A program made the position numbers and the translations under genes. From positions 160,001 through 224,000 of IMG/VR virus record IMGVR_UViG_3300031418_000005: 64,000 nt of DNA; one strand, written 5' to 3'. The notes under the pieces were generated by a model that was not told the DNA's origin, ran no database searches, and saw only the letters and a program-made list of their open reading frames with translations. The number at the start of each line of letters is the position of its first letter. Positions within the stretch are counted from its first letter, which is position 1. The stretch is from a virus. This document shows, one piece after another, positions 10,137-19,903 of the stretch.

Positions 10137-10868
10137 TTATAACTGGCTTTTCAGTTGTGGCGCAACATACTCCCCACTGCACATCTCGTGATGACATTCC
10201 AGCATCCGTTCGAAGCCGAAAGTCTTCGCGACCAGTGCCAGGTGGTAAATACGTGCGGTACAATAGGCTTCTTTCGCCGCATCGAACCCTGCGTTGTGCT
10301 CGTAAGCTTCTTTGCCGCGTGTCCAGTGATGGGCTTCGGCATGGTAGTCTGGAATCAAACCAAACGCGTATGACAGACGTTCAGCTGTGCGATCGGAATC
10401 CAGAATAGAGAACTTACGGAAGCGCGATGGAGGAACATCGCACTGCGCAAACGCATTGAGGATAATCGGCGAGTCAAACTCCGGCCCGCGCATGGTAATG
10501 GTGATGGGGTGGTTGGCAGAAATATCGTCCAGCCACTTTTTCGCTCCCCACAGTACCTGCTTGATATTTTCTTTTCCTGACCAGGCTTCGGCCCGCGCTT
10601 CTTCACACGGTGCGTAATCCGGGTCACCTTTGCCCTGCCACCAACCGATGGTTTGCTCATCTTCGTGGAAGATGGCTTTGGCGGCTTCGTCGTTCGGGTC
10701 CACGGTGCTGTAAAAAGAACCGACCATTTTCATCGTCGGTACGTCAAACCCAACCAGACCCATCGCCAGGATATACGCATCAGAGCGAATGGCTTTGGTT
10801 TCTACATCAGCCCCCACGACAATCGAGGGCAGGGTCGGGACAATAACTTTGGGGTATGCTGGTAACAT
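10137..10868 (-). CDS. DEDDh 3'-5' exonuclease
   Basis: ExoI DVET, ExoII GPEFD, D.RT, ExoIII HNAGFDA. Confidence 0.8.
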   Translation of the reverse strand: MLPAYPKVIVPTLPSIVVGADVETKAIRSDAYILAMGLVGFDVPTMKMVGSFYSTVDPNDEAAKAIFHEDEQTIGWWQGKGDPDYAPCEEARAEAWSGKENIKQVLWGAKKWLDDISANHPITITMRGPEFDSPIILNAFAQCDVPPSRFRKFSILDSDRTAERLSYAFGLIPDYHAEAHHWTRGKEAYEHNAGFDAAKEAYCTARIYHLALVAKTFGFERMLECHHEMCSGEYVAPQLKSQL

Positions 10869-10925
10869 TTGAATTTTCCTTATAAGGGGGTTACATTAGG
10901 ATGGTTGAAAACGTTAAAAAAGAGC

Positions 10926-10955
10926 GTCCTCCTACACCCGAAGGCATAGGAGGAC
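10926..10955 (-). terminator. intrinsic terminator
   Basis: GTCCTCCTA/TAGGAGGAC stem, TTCG loop and U-tract on the minus strand. Confidence 0.65.
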
Positions 10956-10959
10956 TGAC

Positions 10960-11433
10960 TCAGTTCAGACAGGTGGCTTTGTGAGCAGCAACGGCCTCTT
11001 TGACGGCTTTACGGTCAGCGCGGTAGTTGGTCAACAAAATCTTCAGCTGACGTGAAAGCTCACGGCTGATTGCCTGAGGACTACGAGCCCGTTCATCCAA
11101 CTCGATGAAAATCGGAATCTCGTGTACCTCGGGATAAACAAACTCTTCGCATAACGGTGCCACCATAGGTGGATGCCATCCTTGCGTTTCCGCGTAGGTA
11201 TTCAAGGATTTTGCGTATAAGTAAACGTAATAAGCGTACGCGTTTACATCAGCCACATAAACTTTCTTGGCCAATTCCCCCGCCGCACCGGACACACTCG
11301 TCGGTGCAGATGGTGGCTCCTCAAGCTGCCGGAAAGGCCAACCTGAAGAGGTTTGCACCGTAACGCTGTTACGTTGTATTCCGTTGCACCCAACGAGCAA
11401 CAAAACACCAACCAACAGCATGGCTTTCATCAT
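10960..11433 (-). CDS. lipoprotein, candidate o-spanin
   Basis: Signal MMKAMLLVGVLLLVG-C (lipobox), Pro-rich, two further Cys. Confidence 0.55.
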   Translation of the reverse strand: MMKAMLLVGVLLLVGCNGIQRNSVTVQTSSGWPFRQLEEPPSAPTSVSGAAGELAKKVYVADVNAYAYYVYLYAKSLNTYAETQGWHPPMVAPLCEEFVYPEVHEIPIFIELDERARSPQAISRELSRQLKILLTNYRADRKAVKEAVAAHKATCLN

Positions 11434-11439
11434 TAACTC

Positions 11440-11943
11440 CTACTGATTGAGGGTTCTAAGAATTTCTTGGCGGAACTCGTTTGCGTCTTGAACTCCCACG
11501 GGACGTTGCGCCGCCTGTTGTTTTTTAACCGGAGGAGTAGCCGCGTGGACCGGCGTTTCCGGCACCGTCGGGGCGACGGTAGGTTCAGGTTTCTTCTCTT
11601 CCTCTGCCTTGGCATGGTCGCCTTCATATGGCGGTCTCTGTCCGAGACAAGTAAAGAGACGATCGTAGAGCTTAGCGTTATCCTCGCCGAGCTTATCTGC
11701 TTTTTCTTTTAACTCTTTGTACGACAAATCCAGGTACTGATCATGTGATTGCACATTGATAAGTGCATGGTACTGAACCACATAGGCATAGGAGACAAAG
11801 CCTGAATAAGCAATAAGTGCCACGATAACAAGTGTCAGTATTTTGCCAGCTCGGGTGACCTTTTCTCCTTCTCCCGGTTTAAAAGCTTCCAATAGCATCT
11901 GCAAGAATGGAAGCAGTTTGATAAACGATGCTATCATGCTCAC
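11440..11943 (-). CDS. membrane protein, candidate i-spanin
   Basis: N-terminal TM helix, coiled coil, single Cys, Pro-rich linker; directly precedes the lipoprotein. Confidence 0.5.
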   Translation of the reverse strand: MSMIASFIKLLPFLQMLLEAFKPGEGEKVTRAGKILTLVIVALIAYSGFVSYAYVVQYHALINVQSHDQYLDLSYKELKEKADKLGEDNAKLYDRLFTCLGQRPPYEGDHAKAEEEKKPEPTVAPTVPETPVHAATPPVKKQQAAQRPVGVQDANEFRQEILRTLNQ

Positions 11944-11949
11944 CTCGGA

Positions 11950-13326
11950 GTGTTTTTAATTATGTTAGATTTACAAGGCTTTATCCAGATACCGGCTCTG
12001 TTTGACAACGTGGACGGCGTCACCGCTCCGGTGGGTGAGTTGTCCGAACTGACAAAATCCTACGCTAAAAGTAAGCAAACATTTGCGAAATCCAATTTGC
12101 AGGTGGAGTTGGTTACGTTTACTTCTAAGCGTGAAGAGACGACGGTTGTGGTACCGTCCGAGTTCTCCGACCACATTTTAACACTTACGCAGTGGATTTA
12201 CAATCAGTCCATTCTGGGTAATTTGAAAAATGATGAAGTCGAATTCCAGCGGTTGCTGGTAGGACAGTTCCAGAACACCATCAGCGGGGTTCAGTCTGGG
12301 GCGATGATCCAGACTAAAAGCAACTGGTTCCCGCGTTGGGTCAGTTGGAAATTTGAAACGACCAAGGACAAGGTACAAGATCCCACGGACGTAAGTAACC
12401 AAATCATTGTTTGGTTTGCTGATGAAGATTTCGATCAGAACTACACCGGCTTTGAGATTGAAGTTCAAATGCCGATTTTACCGGTCGATACGTTTTTAGC
12501 TGTGAAGTCAGTAGTCGAAAAAGCGATGGAAAGTTTTAACCTTTCCGATCACCATAAGAAGATTAATGACTTGATGGATGGCTTCCCGTATACGAATATT
12601 CAGACGAATTATTATACGTGGCATGACCAGGAAGATTATGAAGCGACGTTGATTATTCCGATGTCGGTCATCATCTATGGCCGTGCGGGTAAGAACCCGA
12701 GCCGCATCAAGAAAGCGTTACGTGATTACATTTTAGCGAACTCCAGTTTTACCGTACCATTGGGCGTTAAAGTGTTCCCTGAGATTTTCACCACCACGAA
12801 ATTCACAATCGTGCCGGGTTGGAAAATCAGAGGGATTCCGAATGAGGAAGACATCGCGGCGCTATACAGCCCTATCCTCCCATATGATTTCCAGCTCAAG
12901 GCAATCGATAAATTTGGCGAGTGGGGCGACCTGACGGTTGCCGAGAAAAATAACACACATCAGATGCCAACCACTGACGTCTGTGTGCTGCCGTCGATTT
13001 ATAAATCGCTCAGCAGTGTGGTTATTTCTGGCCCTGAAAATGACACCCGCAAAGCGACACTGCACGCGACCATTCCGGATTATGCGTTGATTGCAACGAC
13101 AAACCCGGACATCGCCCGCATGTCAAAAGCAACCACCGAATGGTACGAACTGTTCTTTAAAGCGTTAATCGCTGCCGAAGAATACAACCCGTATCAAACG
13201 GATTTGGATATTGTCAAACTGGTCGATGATGCGAACCCGGAGATTTATTTCTACGTGTTCGAATACGACAACGTTGAGTACCGTGTGCTTGCCCGTAAAG
13301 CGGTGTGGGAAGACACAACACCGTAA
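11950..13326 (+). CDS. putative virion structural protein
   Basis: 458 aa (ATG alternative at 11962); + strand like the other structural genes. Confidence 0.6.
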   Translation: MFLIMLDLQGFIQIPALFDNVDGVTAPVGELSELTKSYAKSKQTFAKSNLQVELVTFTSKREETTVVVPSEFSDHILTLTQWIYNQSILGNLKNDEVEFQRLLVGQFQNTISGVQSGAMIQTKSNWFPRWVSWKFETTKDKVQDPTDVSNQIIVWFADEDFDQNYTGFEIEVQMPILPVDTFLAVKSVVEKAMESFNLSDHHKKINDLMDGFPYTNIQTNYYTWHDQEDYEATLIIPMSVIIYGRAGKNPSRIKKALRDYILANSSFTVPLGVKVFPEIFTTTKFTIVPGWKIRGIPNEEDIAALYSPILPYDFQLKAIDKFGEWGDLTVAEKNNTHQMPTTDVCVLPSIYKSLSSVVISGPENDTRKATLHATIPDYALIATTNPDIARMSKATTEWYELFFKALIAAEEYNPYQTDLDIVKLVDDANPEIYFYVFEYDNVEYRVLARKAVWEDTTP

Positions 13327-13335
13327 GGAGGATAA

Positions 13336-13959
13336 ATGGCCACGTTACTGCCGGTCGTCGTCACCGTTAACACCACAGGTCTGTTCAAGGTCAAACAACC
13401 GTTTACGATTGCCGAAGACGTTATCTTTAACGTAGAAGCAGTACGTACGTTCCCGGAACTGGTTGACCGAAAAATCGACGTGTACAATACCTATTACGCC
13501 CCCGTTGGGTTAGGGCGTGATGCGTATCTGGCTGATGCCAACGTCGGTGCGTCTATCCTGACCATGAAGTCACGGGATGGACAGGTGGTGTACATTCCGG
13601 ATACGTATATCGAATCGTATCCTGGGATTAACGGGTTAGCGTATAAACGAAATGTGTTGGTGATTGATTTGGCGTTGGTGCCAGATTATGTTGACCCGAC
13701 GACCATTTCGGAAGACGTGAAAAACATCGTTACCGCCGGACTCGGGATTGATCCTGTCATTGACATCACTACGATGGACTATGAAGGAACGGTCACCGAA
13801 GAAGATCACTTGCAGATGGAAGCAGCACGCAAAGCGAAGATTCGCAATGTGACGCCGCTGGCTGAGCAATTGAAAGCGGCTCAGGACGAGAACACCAAGC
13901 TGAAGACGCTGAATGCGGCAATGTTGGAAATTCTGCAAGCCCATGGGTTGGCAAATTAA
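13336..13959 (+). CDS. conserved phage protein, possibly structural
   Basis: 207 aa, GGAGG RBS, C-terminal coiled coil. Confidence 0.6.
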   Translation: MATLLPVVVTVNTTGLFKVKQPFTIAEDVIFNVEAVRTFPELVDRKIDVYNTYYAPVGLGRDAYLADANVGASILTMKSRDGQVVYIPDTYIESYPGINGLAYKRNVLVIDLALVPDYVDPTTISEDVKNIVTAGLGIDPVIDITTMDYEGTVTEEDHLQMEAARKAKIRNVTPLAEQLKAAQDENTKLKTLNAAMLEILQAHGLAN

Positions 13960-13972
13960 AAGAAAAAAAGAA

Positions 13973-13998
13973 CTACCTACTCCCGAAGGAGTAGGTAG
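13973..13998. terminator. bidirectional intrinsic terminator
   Basis: CTACCTACTCC-CGAA-GGAGTAGGTAG between convergent genes. Confidence 0.8.
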
Positions 13999-14014
13999 CC
14001 TTTATTTTAACCGC

Positions 14015-15208
14015 TTAGGCGTACTTCGCCGCGATCGCCTTGATGTTCTTAGGCGTACGCTTAGACTTCGCCAGCTCTTTAACTTCTTTCACGATAGCTT
14101 CGATGTTCAGCACTTTCATGACTTTCGCCTGTGCCTGCATCTCATCTTCGTCGAGCTGCACTTCAACGGTTTCATTTTCAACAGTCATCAGACGGCCAAT
14201 GACGTTAGCCACGGATACCGGAGTGACCTCAGCAGGGACTTTCACGCCCAACGCTTCGAACACATCGCCCGCAACGAAGGTACGTTCGATATCCTGCAAC
14301 GTTTCCAGGATCAGTGCCTGGTCACGCTTAGGTTGCGCCGGGGCTTCGTCTGCGGTTTCCGCATCAGTATCGTCTTCGTCGTGTGGGACTTTGTAGGTAA
14401 AGTCCCAGTGGTTCAGCAGGTTCTGTTGGCAATAGTCAACAAAGTCCTGCCAGGTGGTTTCACGGCTGATGGTAAACGGCAGCAGTGATTCCGGTGCAGC
14501 CAGCAGTTTGGAGAAGTTAATGTTGCTCACCTGCTCACACTCTGCACGCGGCGCGCTTTCGCGGTCGTCACCAATTGCTTCATCAGTTGCGTTATCCGCA
14601 TCATCATCCAGTTCTGGCTCCAGGTGCATTGGTGCCAGATGACGTGTGATTTCTACGCCAGGATGTTGGTTGTCGCCCAGTACCAACGAAACAGCTGGCC
14701 AGTTTTTCAGCTCATACGCAACATGACCAGAGAAGATGTGGGCATGTCCAACACGGACAGCTGAATCAGGTGCTTCTACAACGCGAGTCAACTCACCCGG
14801 TTCGAAGAAGTGTGGATTTTCGTTTGCCAGCATGTACCACTTGTCGTCGTCGCCCTGCGCCACAATAGACCAGCGTGGCGCAGAAGACATACCGAAGTCG
14901 ATACCAAAGAAATCAGTATCTTCTTCCAAGACGATTGGCGGGAGATCGTTGAACTGCAGCGTCTTAGACGGGCCACAGATGTGTGTACGCGCATACGGCA
15001 GCGGGATGTAATTTTCCAGATCGCTATGGCCTGCCAGTATCTGGAATTGTTCCAGCGTAAAGTTGGACGCCTGGAACGGGTTATTGCCCGAATGGTTTTG
15101 ATGGATAAGGGCGTTGGAATATGCGGTCAGTTCATCGTAACGGCCAGCTACTTCACGGCTACGCAGTTTCTTGGCCAGGTCGTTCAGTACGCTAATAGGG
15201 AATTTCAT
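14015..15208 (-). CDS. hypothetical acidic protein
   Basis: 397 aa, TAAGG RBS. Confidence 0.75.
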   Translation of the reverse strand: MKFPISVLNDLAKKLRSREVAGRYDELTAYSNALIHQNHSGNNPFQASNFTLEQFQILAGHSDLENYIPLPYARTHICGPSKTLQFNDLPPIVLEEDTDFFGIDFGMSSAPRWSIVAQGDDDKWYMLANENPHFFEPGELTRVVEAPDSAVRVGHAHIFSGHVAYELKNWPAVSLVLGDNQHPGVEITRHLAPMHLEPELDDDADNATDEAIGDDRESAPRAECEQVSNINFSKLLAAPESLLPFTISRETTWQDFVDYCQQNLLNHWDFTYKVPHDEDDTDAETADEAPAQPKRDQALILETLQDIERTFVAGDVFEALGVKVPAEVTPVSVANVIGRLMTVENETVEVQLDEDEMQAQAKVMKVLNIEAIVKEVKELAKSKRTPKNIKAIAAKYA

Positions 15209-15275
15209 TGCATTATCCTTAGTGGTTGTTCAAAGTATTTGATGGGTTTGTAAATTAAGCACTTAAAATAAGAGA

Positions 15276-15298
15276 ACCCCTACCACATGGGTAGGGGT
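15276..15298 (-). terminator. putative terminator hairpin
   Basis: ACCCCTACC/GGTAGGGGT stem. Confidence 0.55.
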
Positions 15299-15303
15299 GG
15301 GTA

Positions 15304-15882
15304 TTACTCTTCGAAGAATGGTTCGTTAGGCACGACCGCATATTCGAGGACGAACAGATGTTCTGGAGCAGTCTCAGAACGCCAGAGTTTGTGGCAACGG
15401 CCGAGCTTCTCCAGAATGGTCAGGAACGAACGCTGGCAGTATTCGCTCTCACCGAACCACAGGTTCTGCAGCGCCACGGTCACTTCCATGTACGCTTCTT
15501 TAAACGTGAGGTCAGGGTTATAACCGGCAACCGGACGCCAGGTCAGCACAAAGCCCGCTTCTGTCTCATCAACGCTTGGACGCAGGCCGAGAATCCACAG
15601 CAGCGCCAGGTTGATATTCCAGTCGAACTCAATCCCTTCGTCTTCATCGTCACCGAAAGCGGCAATGAACGCGTCGTAGAACTCGTGCTTGGTGGCGAAC
15701 CACTCGTTGTAGTCCATGTACGTCGGCTGCACAGTCGGTTCTTCACCTTCTGGCGGCTCCACGTAATCCGGGTTAGTCTGCACAGATTCAGCGCCACCCT
15801 TAATCAGGGAGAAGGCATCCTCGGCAGTGAGCTGGGCAGCGCGTTTGAAAGCGTCATACCAGGGTTGTGTAACGATGGTCAA
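15304..15882 (-). CDS. hypothetical protein
   Basis: 192 aa, AAGGAG RBS, coupled to the SLT gene. Confidence 0.65.
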   Translation of the reverse strand: MTIVTQPWYDAFKRAAQLTAEDAFSLIKGGAESVQTNPDYVEPPEGEEPTVQPTYMDYNEWFATKHEFYDAFIAAFGDDEDEGIEFDWNINLALLWILGLRPSVDETEAGFVLTWRPVAGYNPDLTFKEAYMEVTVALQNLWFGESEYCQRSFLTILEKLGRCHKLWRSETAPEHLFVLEYAVVPNEPFFEE

Positions 15883-16598
15883 AGTGATGCTCCTTTAAGG
15901 TCTTTATTAAACGCCAGCACGGTGTTCACGGCAGGCTTGTACAAATTACTCCAGATGCTTTGCAGCTCTGTCACGTCAATAACTGGCTCTTTCTTCGCAA
16001 AAGCAAGCTGATGGGTTTCAATAACCTCTTTCGGTGGGGTGACTTTAGCCCCGTAGAAAGCAGCGTCTTTCCGGAAGCTGGCCATCCAGCGTTTACCCGT
16101 CGATGACTTCTTTTTAATCATCGCGACTGCGGCATTCTCACCGAAACGATAACCGAGCGCAACCTCGGCATTACTCGGCTTGCGTTTGAGTTGTTTGGTC
16201 AGGTGATCCTCGATATGGTTAAAGTATGCAGCGGCTAAGGTCACGGCATATTTCGGATTATTCAAATCCGCGTTCTTCGGAATACCCAGTTGGCTTCCGT
16301 AAAGTTTCAGCATGTAACGCTTCGTCGGCATGGTCATCTGCACAAGGCTGTGAGCGCTACTTTTTTTGTTCTTTCCAACTTTGACGTTGAATTTAGATTC
16401 CCGGTAAATGGTGGTGGTCAATGTGCCTGCATGGACACCCTGTTCCTTGGCCACACGAACGATGAGCGGCTTGACTTTCTCAAAGCGCTGCTCAATCAGC
16501 TTGAATTCCTTTTGCTGCTTGGTACTCGAAGACTGGTAAGATGCGTTTGCGTTGAAGGACACCACTACTACCAGCAAAGAAAGAATAAGACGAAACAT
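15879..16598 (-). CDS. lytic transglycosylase (SLT-like) with signal peptide
   Basis: Sec signal ending ANA; catalytic RESKF, SA.SLVQM, N....AAY, GY.FG motifs. Confidence 0.75.
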   Translation of the reverse strand: MFRLILSLLVVVVSFNANASYQSSSTKQQKEFKLIEQRFEKVKPLIVRVAKEQGVHAGTLTTTIYRESKFNVKVGKNKKSSAHSLVQMTMPTKRYMLKLYGSQLGIPKNADLNNPKYAVTLAAAYFNHIEDHLTKQLKRKPSNAEVALGYRFGENAAVAMIKKKSSTGKRWMASFRKDAAFYGAKVTPPKEVIETHQLAFAKKEPVIDVTELQSIWSNLYKPAVNTVLAFNKDLKGASL

Positions 16599-16700
16599 GA
16601 CGGTTCTCCGTTTGGAATTATATTACTTTTCCGTATTCCCCAATTAGAATCACGGCGCGGACAGCTCGGTCTCCTTTGTTACGTGCCCAATTAATAATAT

Positions 16701-17201
16701 CTATTTCAAAGTGTTTGGGATAGCTCTTGTGGCTTCCGCTAACAGGTTTGCTGGTAGGTATAATCGATAGTCTTGTCCTGGTGTGTGTAGTCGCTTGTGA
16801 AGGTGCTGGTAAATACCCCACCGTTCATTAAAGGTTAGCCAGCCGTGCGCCATTCCCAATGGAGGAATCGCAATACCGCCTTCTAAGTCTTTGCCCTGTT
16901 CTGCCAACGCCGTAACGCCGGTAGTAACATAAGAAACCTGTGACTTGTACTTAAAGTGGGTTTTGGTCGGCAGTAATATTACCCCTTCGTCAGGATAAAC
17001 GTACACTTTACCGACCACAATCTCACCTGCAAAGCACCGTTTACGATAGTGCTCATAGAGGTCAGGGAAGCGCTCCTTACAGGCTAACGCAATTCCCCGA
17101 CCCATGGCACCCACGCAGTTCACCGTGACGACCTTGAACGCCACAGGGGCGTTAAACAGGTCGCCTGAGATAACGGCCTCGTCTATCAGTTCGAGTGACA
17201 T
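16701..17201 (-). CDS. macrodomain ADP-ribosylhydrolase (DarG/TARG1-like)
   Basis: GDLF, VNCVGAMGRGIA..K.RFP, LPTK.H, IAIPPLG..HG.L; AGGAG RBS before the ATG at 17201. Confidence 0.8.
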   Translation of the reverse strand: MSLELIDEAVISGDLFNAPVAFKVVTVNCVGAMGRGIALACKERFPDLYEHYRKRCFAGEIVVGKVYVYPDEGVILLPTKTHFKYKSQVSYVTTGVTALAEQGKDLEGGIAIPPLGMAHGWLTFNERWGIYQHLHKRLHTPGQDYRLYLPANLLAEATRAIPNTLK

Positions 17202-17451
17202 CAATACTCTCCTGTGCCACTTTGGCCCATGCAGACCCGGCGATATGTTCAACGGTTGCGCAGATGCGATCAAGTACCACCTGACGTAATGCCGAAACCT
17301 CTTCCGGGACATTCGGAATATATTCCGGTTCAGTCAACTGACGACGGGGATAGCCGCACGCCATGTGTACCAGACAAGCAATGGCTGTCTTGGAATTCCA
17401 GGTACGTGGCATTTCGACATACCGGCCTTTAAGATTCAGATACGCAGTCAT
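17152..17451 (-). CDS. hypothetical protein
   Basis: 99 aa, coupled to upstream ORF. Confidence 0.5.
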   Translation of the reverse strand: MTAYLNLKGRYVEMPRTWNSKTAIACLVHMACGYPRRQLTEPEYIPNVPEEVSALRQVVLDRICATVEHIAGSAWAKVAQESIDVTRTDRRGRYLRRPV

Positions 17452-17897
17452 TCTTCGTACTCCACATCCCGGTGTGTAAACAGGATCTCATGGGTGTTAG
17501 ATTTGGCAAAATAAATATCGCGGCGAAGATGCCGCTCGCAACGCGACAATCCGTCAGTGTACTCCCTGACCTTCCAACCAATCATTGTCAGGTCATGAAC
17601 ATTTGGTCGGTACAATTTCGTATCGACCAACGTTTGTTCTTTTTCACGGAAGCGCTGCTTAAACTCTTCAATGACGTCCGCGGGAATACCATCAGGCCGT
17701 AACCCCGCTTTACGAATCAAGCCCTTGAAGAAGATTACAACACGCCCCGCCATCGGTACGGTGTTTTGAAAATCTTCCAGGCACGGCACCACCAATTCAG
17801 CTACCGGGTTACCTTCTGCATCCACCACCGAGATGGTTTCACCGACACGAACAGTCGTCGGAAAAAAGGGTTTCTCACTCATTACCACTTCCCCCAA
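17448..17897 (-). CDS. hypothetical protein
   Basis: 149-aa ORF in operon. Confidence 0.6.
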   Translation of the reverse strand: MGEVVMSEKPFFPTTVRVGETISVVDAEGNPVAELVVPCLEDFQNTVPMAGRVVIFFKGLIRKAGLRPDGIPADVIEEFKQRFREKEQTLVDTKLYRPNVHDLTMIGWKVREYTDGLSRCERHLRRDIYFAKSNTHEILFTHRDVEYEE

Positions 17898-18069
17898 CCC
17901 CAGGGACTGTGCCCTGGCAGGTTAATCCCCACACTATCCATCGCCGGGTTAGGTTTCATGTTAGTGACTAACCACGCTTGATGAATACGCTTCTCTTCTT
18001 CGGTTGGCGGAAAGTAGTAGCCAACCAAATACCCATCTTCAATTAATTCAACAACTTCGTTTTCAACAC

Positions 18070-18507
18070 TCATTTGTGTCTCCTCAGCCAGGCACTCATC
18101 GCGGATTCGAAACCCTCGTGATGAATTCCTTGGCGGCGGAGGGCTAACAAAAGATTGAGGGAATGCGTAATTTCTTCGCGGTAAGTGTGGTCGTCCATTT
18201 TGCGCCACACCTTTGCCGGGTCAATCTTACAACGTTCCAGCAGATACGCCTCACGAATTAACCCAGGACGCCAGTACCGGGGTTTGATTAGCGCGATTTG
18301 AATCGTCGGGGTTAACCCCAGTAAATGGCTGCACGCATTGACCGGCACCCCGTTTACGCGGTCACGCTTAACCAGCAAACTGTGCCACTGTAGCGCACGC
18401 ACAAGGCTTGGGTCTTGGTATTGACTTTCTTCCATTTGAAGTAGCGCTTCTGAAAGCAGTGAGCGAGTCATACCGCGACGACTATTACCGATTACTAAAT
18501 TATCCAT
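18070..18507 (-). CDS. hypothetical protein
   Basis: 145 aa, AAGG RBS. Confidence 0.6.
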   Translation of the reverse strand: MDNLVIGNSRRGMTRSLLSEALLQMEESQYQDPSLVRALQWHSLLVKRDRVNGVPVNACSHLLGLTPTIQIALIKPRYWRPGLIREAYLLERCKIDPAKVWRKMDDHTYREEITHSLNLLLALRRQGIHHEGFESAMSAWLRRHK

Positions 18508-18533
18508 TGCATTATCCTTTAGGGTACTACGTA

Positions 18534-18863
18534 CTACTCAACAGGGTGATGCACCTCAACGCGCAATGACATCCCGTTCTCCAGCATTGACAGCAGGTTA
18601 TCCATTTCACTGGCATGAATCAGAACCAGCGGTTGAGCTTTCACCGGATGCCAGTCGAACGGTTGGGCTGCGGGAAGCGTGCCCAGCGCGCCACCAATAC
18701 AGGCACCGATAGCAGAACGTGAATGGTCAACGTGACCAATTGTGCCGACGTTAACGTGAATAGGCTCTTTCATTTTAGCCTCCTGGAGAAAAGGAATGAC
18801 GCGGGCATATTCCGGCCAGCAAACGTCAGTGTTGAGTGCAGGTACATCGGGTCGGTTAAACAT
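18534..18863 (-). CDS. small protein containing an EF-Tu N-terminal motif
   Basis: Contains HVNVGTIGHVDH; two in-frame starts with RBS (18863; 18773 with AGGAGG). Confidence 0.6.
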   Translation of the reverse strand: MFNRPDVPALNTDVCWPEYARVIPFLQEAKMKEPIHVNVGTIGHVDHSRSAIGACIGGALGTLPAAQPFDWHPVKAQPLVLIHASEMDNLLSMLENGMSLRVEVHHPVE

Positions 18864-18932
18864 AAATAGCTCTCCTAACGTAAAAATCCCACAGGTAGTT
18901 GGGGATATCTATACGAAAGGAGAGCTACGTTA

Positions 18933-19424
18933 TCAAGCCACGGCGAGCGTGGTTTCTGCTTTAATCTCATCGGGAATGATGAATTTCTCAACTTCTAACC
19001 ATTCGCCATCACGACTGGCGGTGGTATTGAAGCCTTGAGCTTTGAAGAACGTGACCGCTGGTTCTTCTTTGGCGAACACACCTGCATGAATGCAGTGGAA
19101 CACCTCTTTAACACCCAGTGTATCAAGCATAGCAGTCATGAAGCCACGACGACGAAAGGCTTCACTGACAAACATCGTACGAATCTTTAACACCCCACCG
19201 ATAATCCGGTAGAGACAATAACCCACCGGGCTACCGCCTTCCACTGCAACCGCTACACGGTTACCTGCCATCAGCTTCTCCACCGAAAGGTCAGGAACAA
19301 CGGCCTTTTCGATGTGTAGTGAATTGCGCTGATGATTCAGAAACTTGTAATGCAGTGCCAACAACTGCTTTTTAGCTGCTTCCGAAAAGTCAGAGGATGA
19401 TGAAAGAATTACGATTTCGGTCAT
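18933..19424 (-). CDS. GNAT-family acetyltransferase
   Basis: VGY, motif A MFVSEAFRRRGF, A..FFKAQGF. Confidence 0.8.
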   Translation of the reverse strand: MTEIVILSSSSDFSEAAKKQLLALHYKFLNHQRNSLHIEKAVVPDLSVEKLMAGNRVAVAVEGGSPVGYCLYRIIGGVLKIRTMFVSEAFRRRGFMTAMLDTLGVKEVFHCIHAGVFAKEEPAVTFFKAQGFNTTASRDGEWLEVEKFIIPDEIKAETTLAVA

Positions 19425-19587
19425 GGATTTCAGTTCCTAAGTAAACTTGTTTAAATCCAATGTGGATTAAACGAAGTATGATAACGAAAGAAAAGTTGTG
19501 TAATTAGTCAAAGTGAACTCTGGTATATCTTGCAGATAACATCGTACCTACTGCAGGTATGAGATCTTCCTCTAATGGGTAAGTATC

Positions 19588-19815
19588 TCAGCGACGCTGA
19601 ATTTTCCAGTGTCGTTTAGGTGTAGCTTGACGCGCCATATTCGCAGCACGCATCTGACTACCACGCCAGGGTTTAACAACCGGACGTGAAACTTCAGGCA
19701 TATCGTCGAGGTCGCATTCAACAGCTTCATCCGCAAACTGTGATGTCGAAAGCTCGAGGTTCCTCTGAAGCACTGCAACAATACAAGCTGTGAGTGTTCG
19801 TTTAGGTTTTCCCAT
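19588..19815 (-). CDS. hypothetical protein
   Basis: Probable start MGKPKR; basic C-terminus. Confidence 0.45.
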   Translation of the reverse strand: MGKPKRTLTACIVAVLQRNLELSTSQFADEAVECDLDDMPEVSRPVVKPWRGSQMRAANMARQATPKRHWKIQRR

Positions 19816-19903
19816 TATCACACCCCGCCTGCCATCGAAATCGTTAAGCTGCACAATTTCAGTTCTCGTTTACATGACTCACCTCGCATACCAACCTCTC
19901 TCG

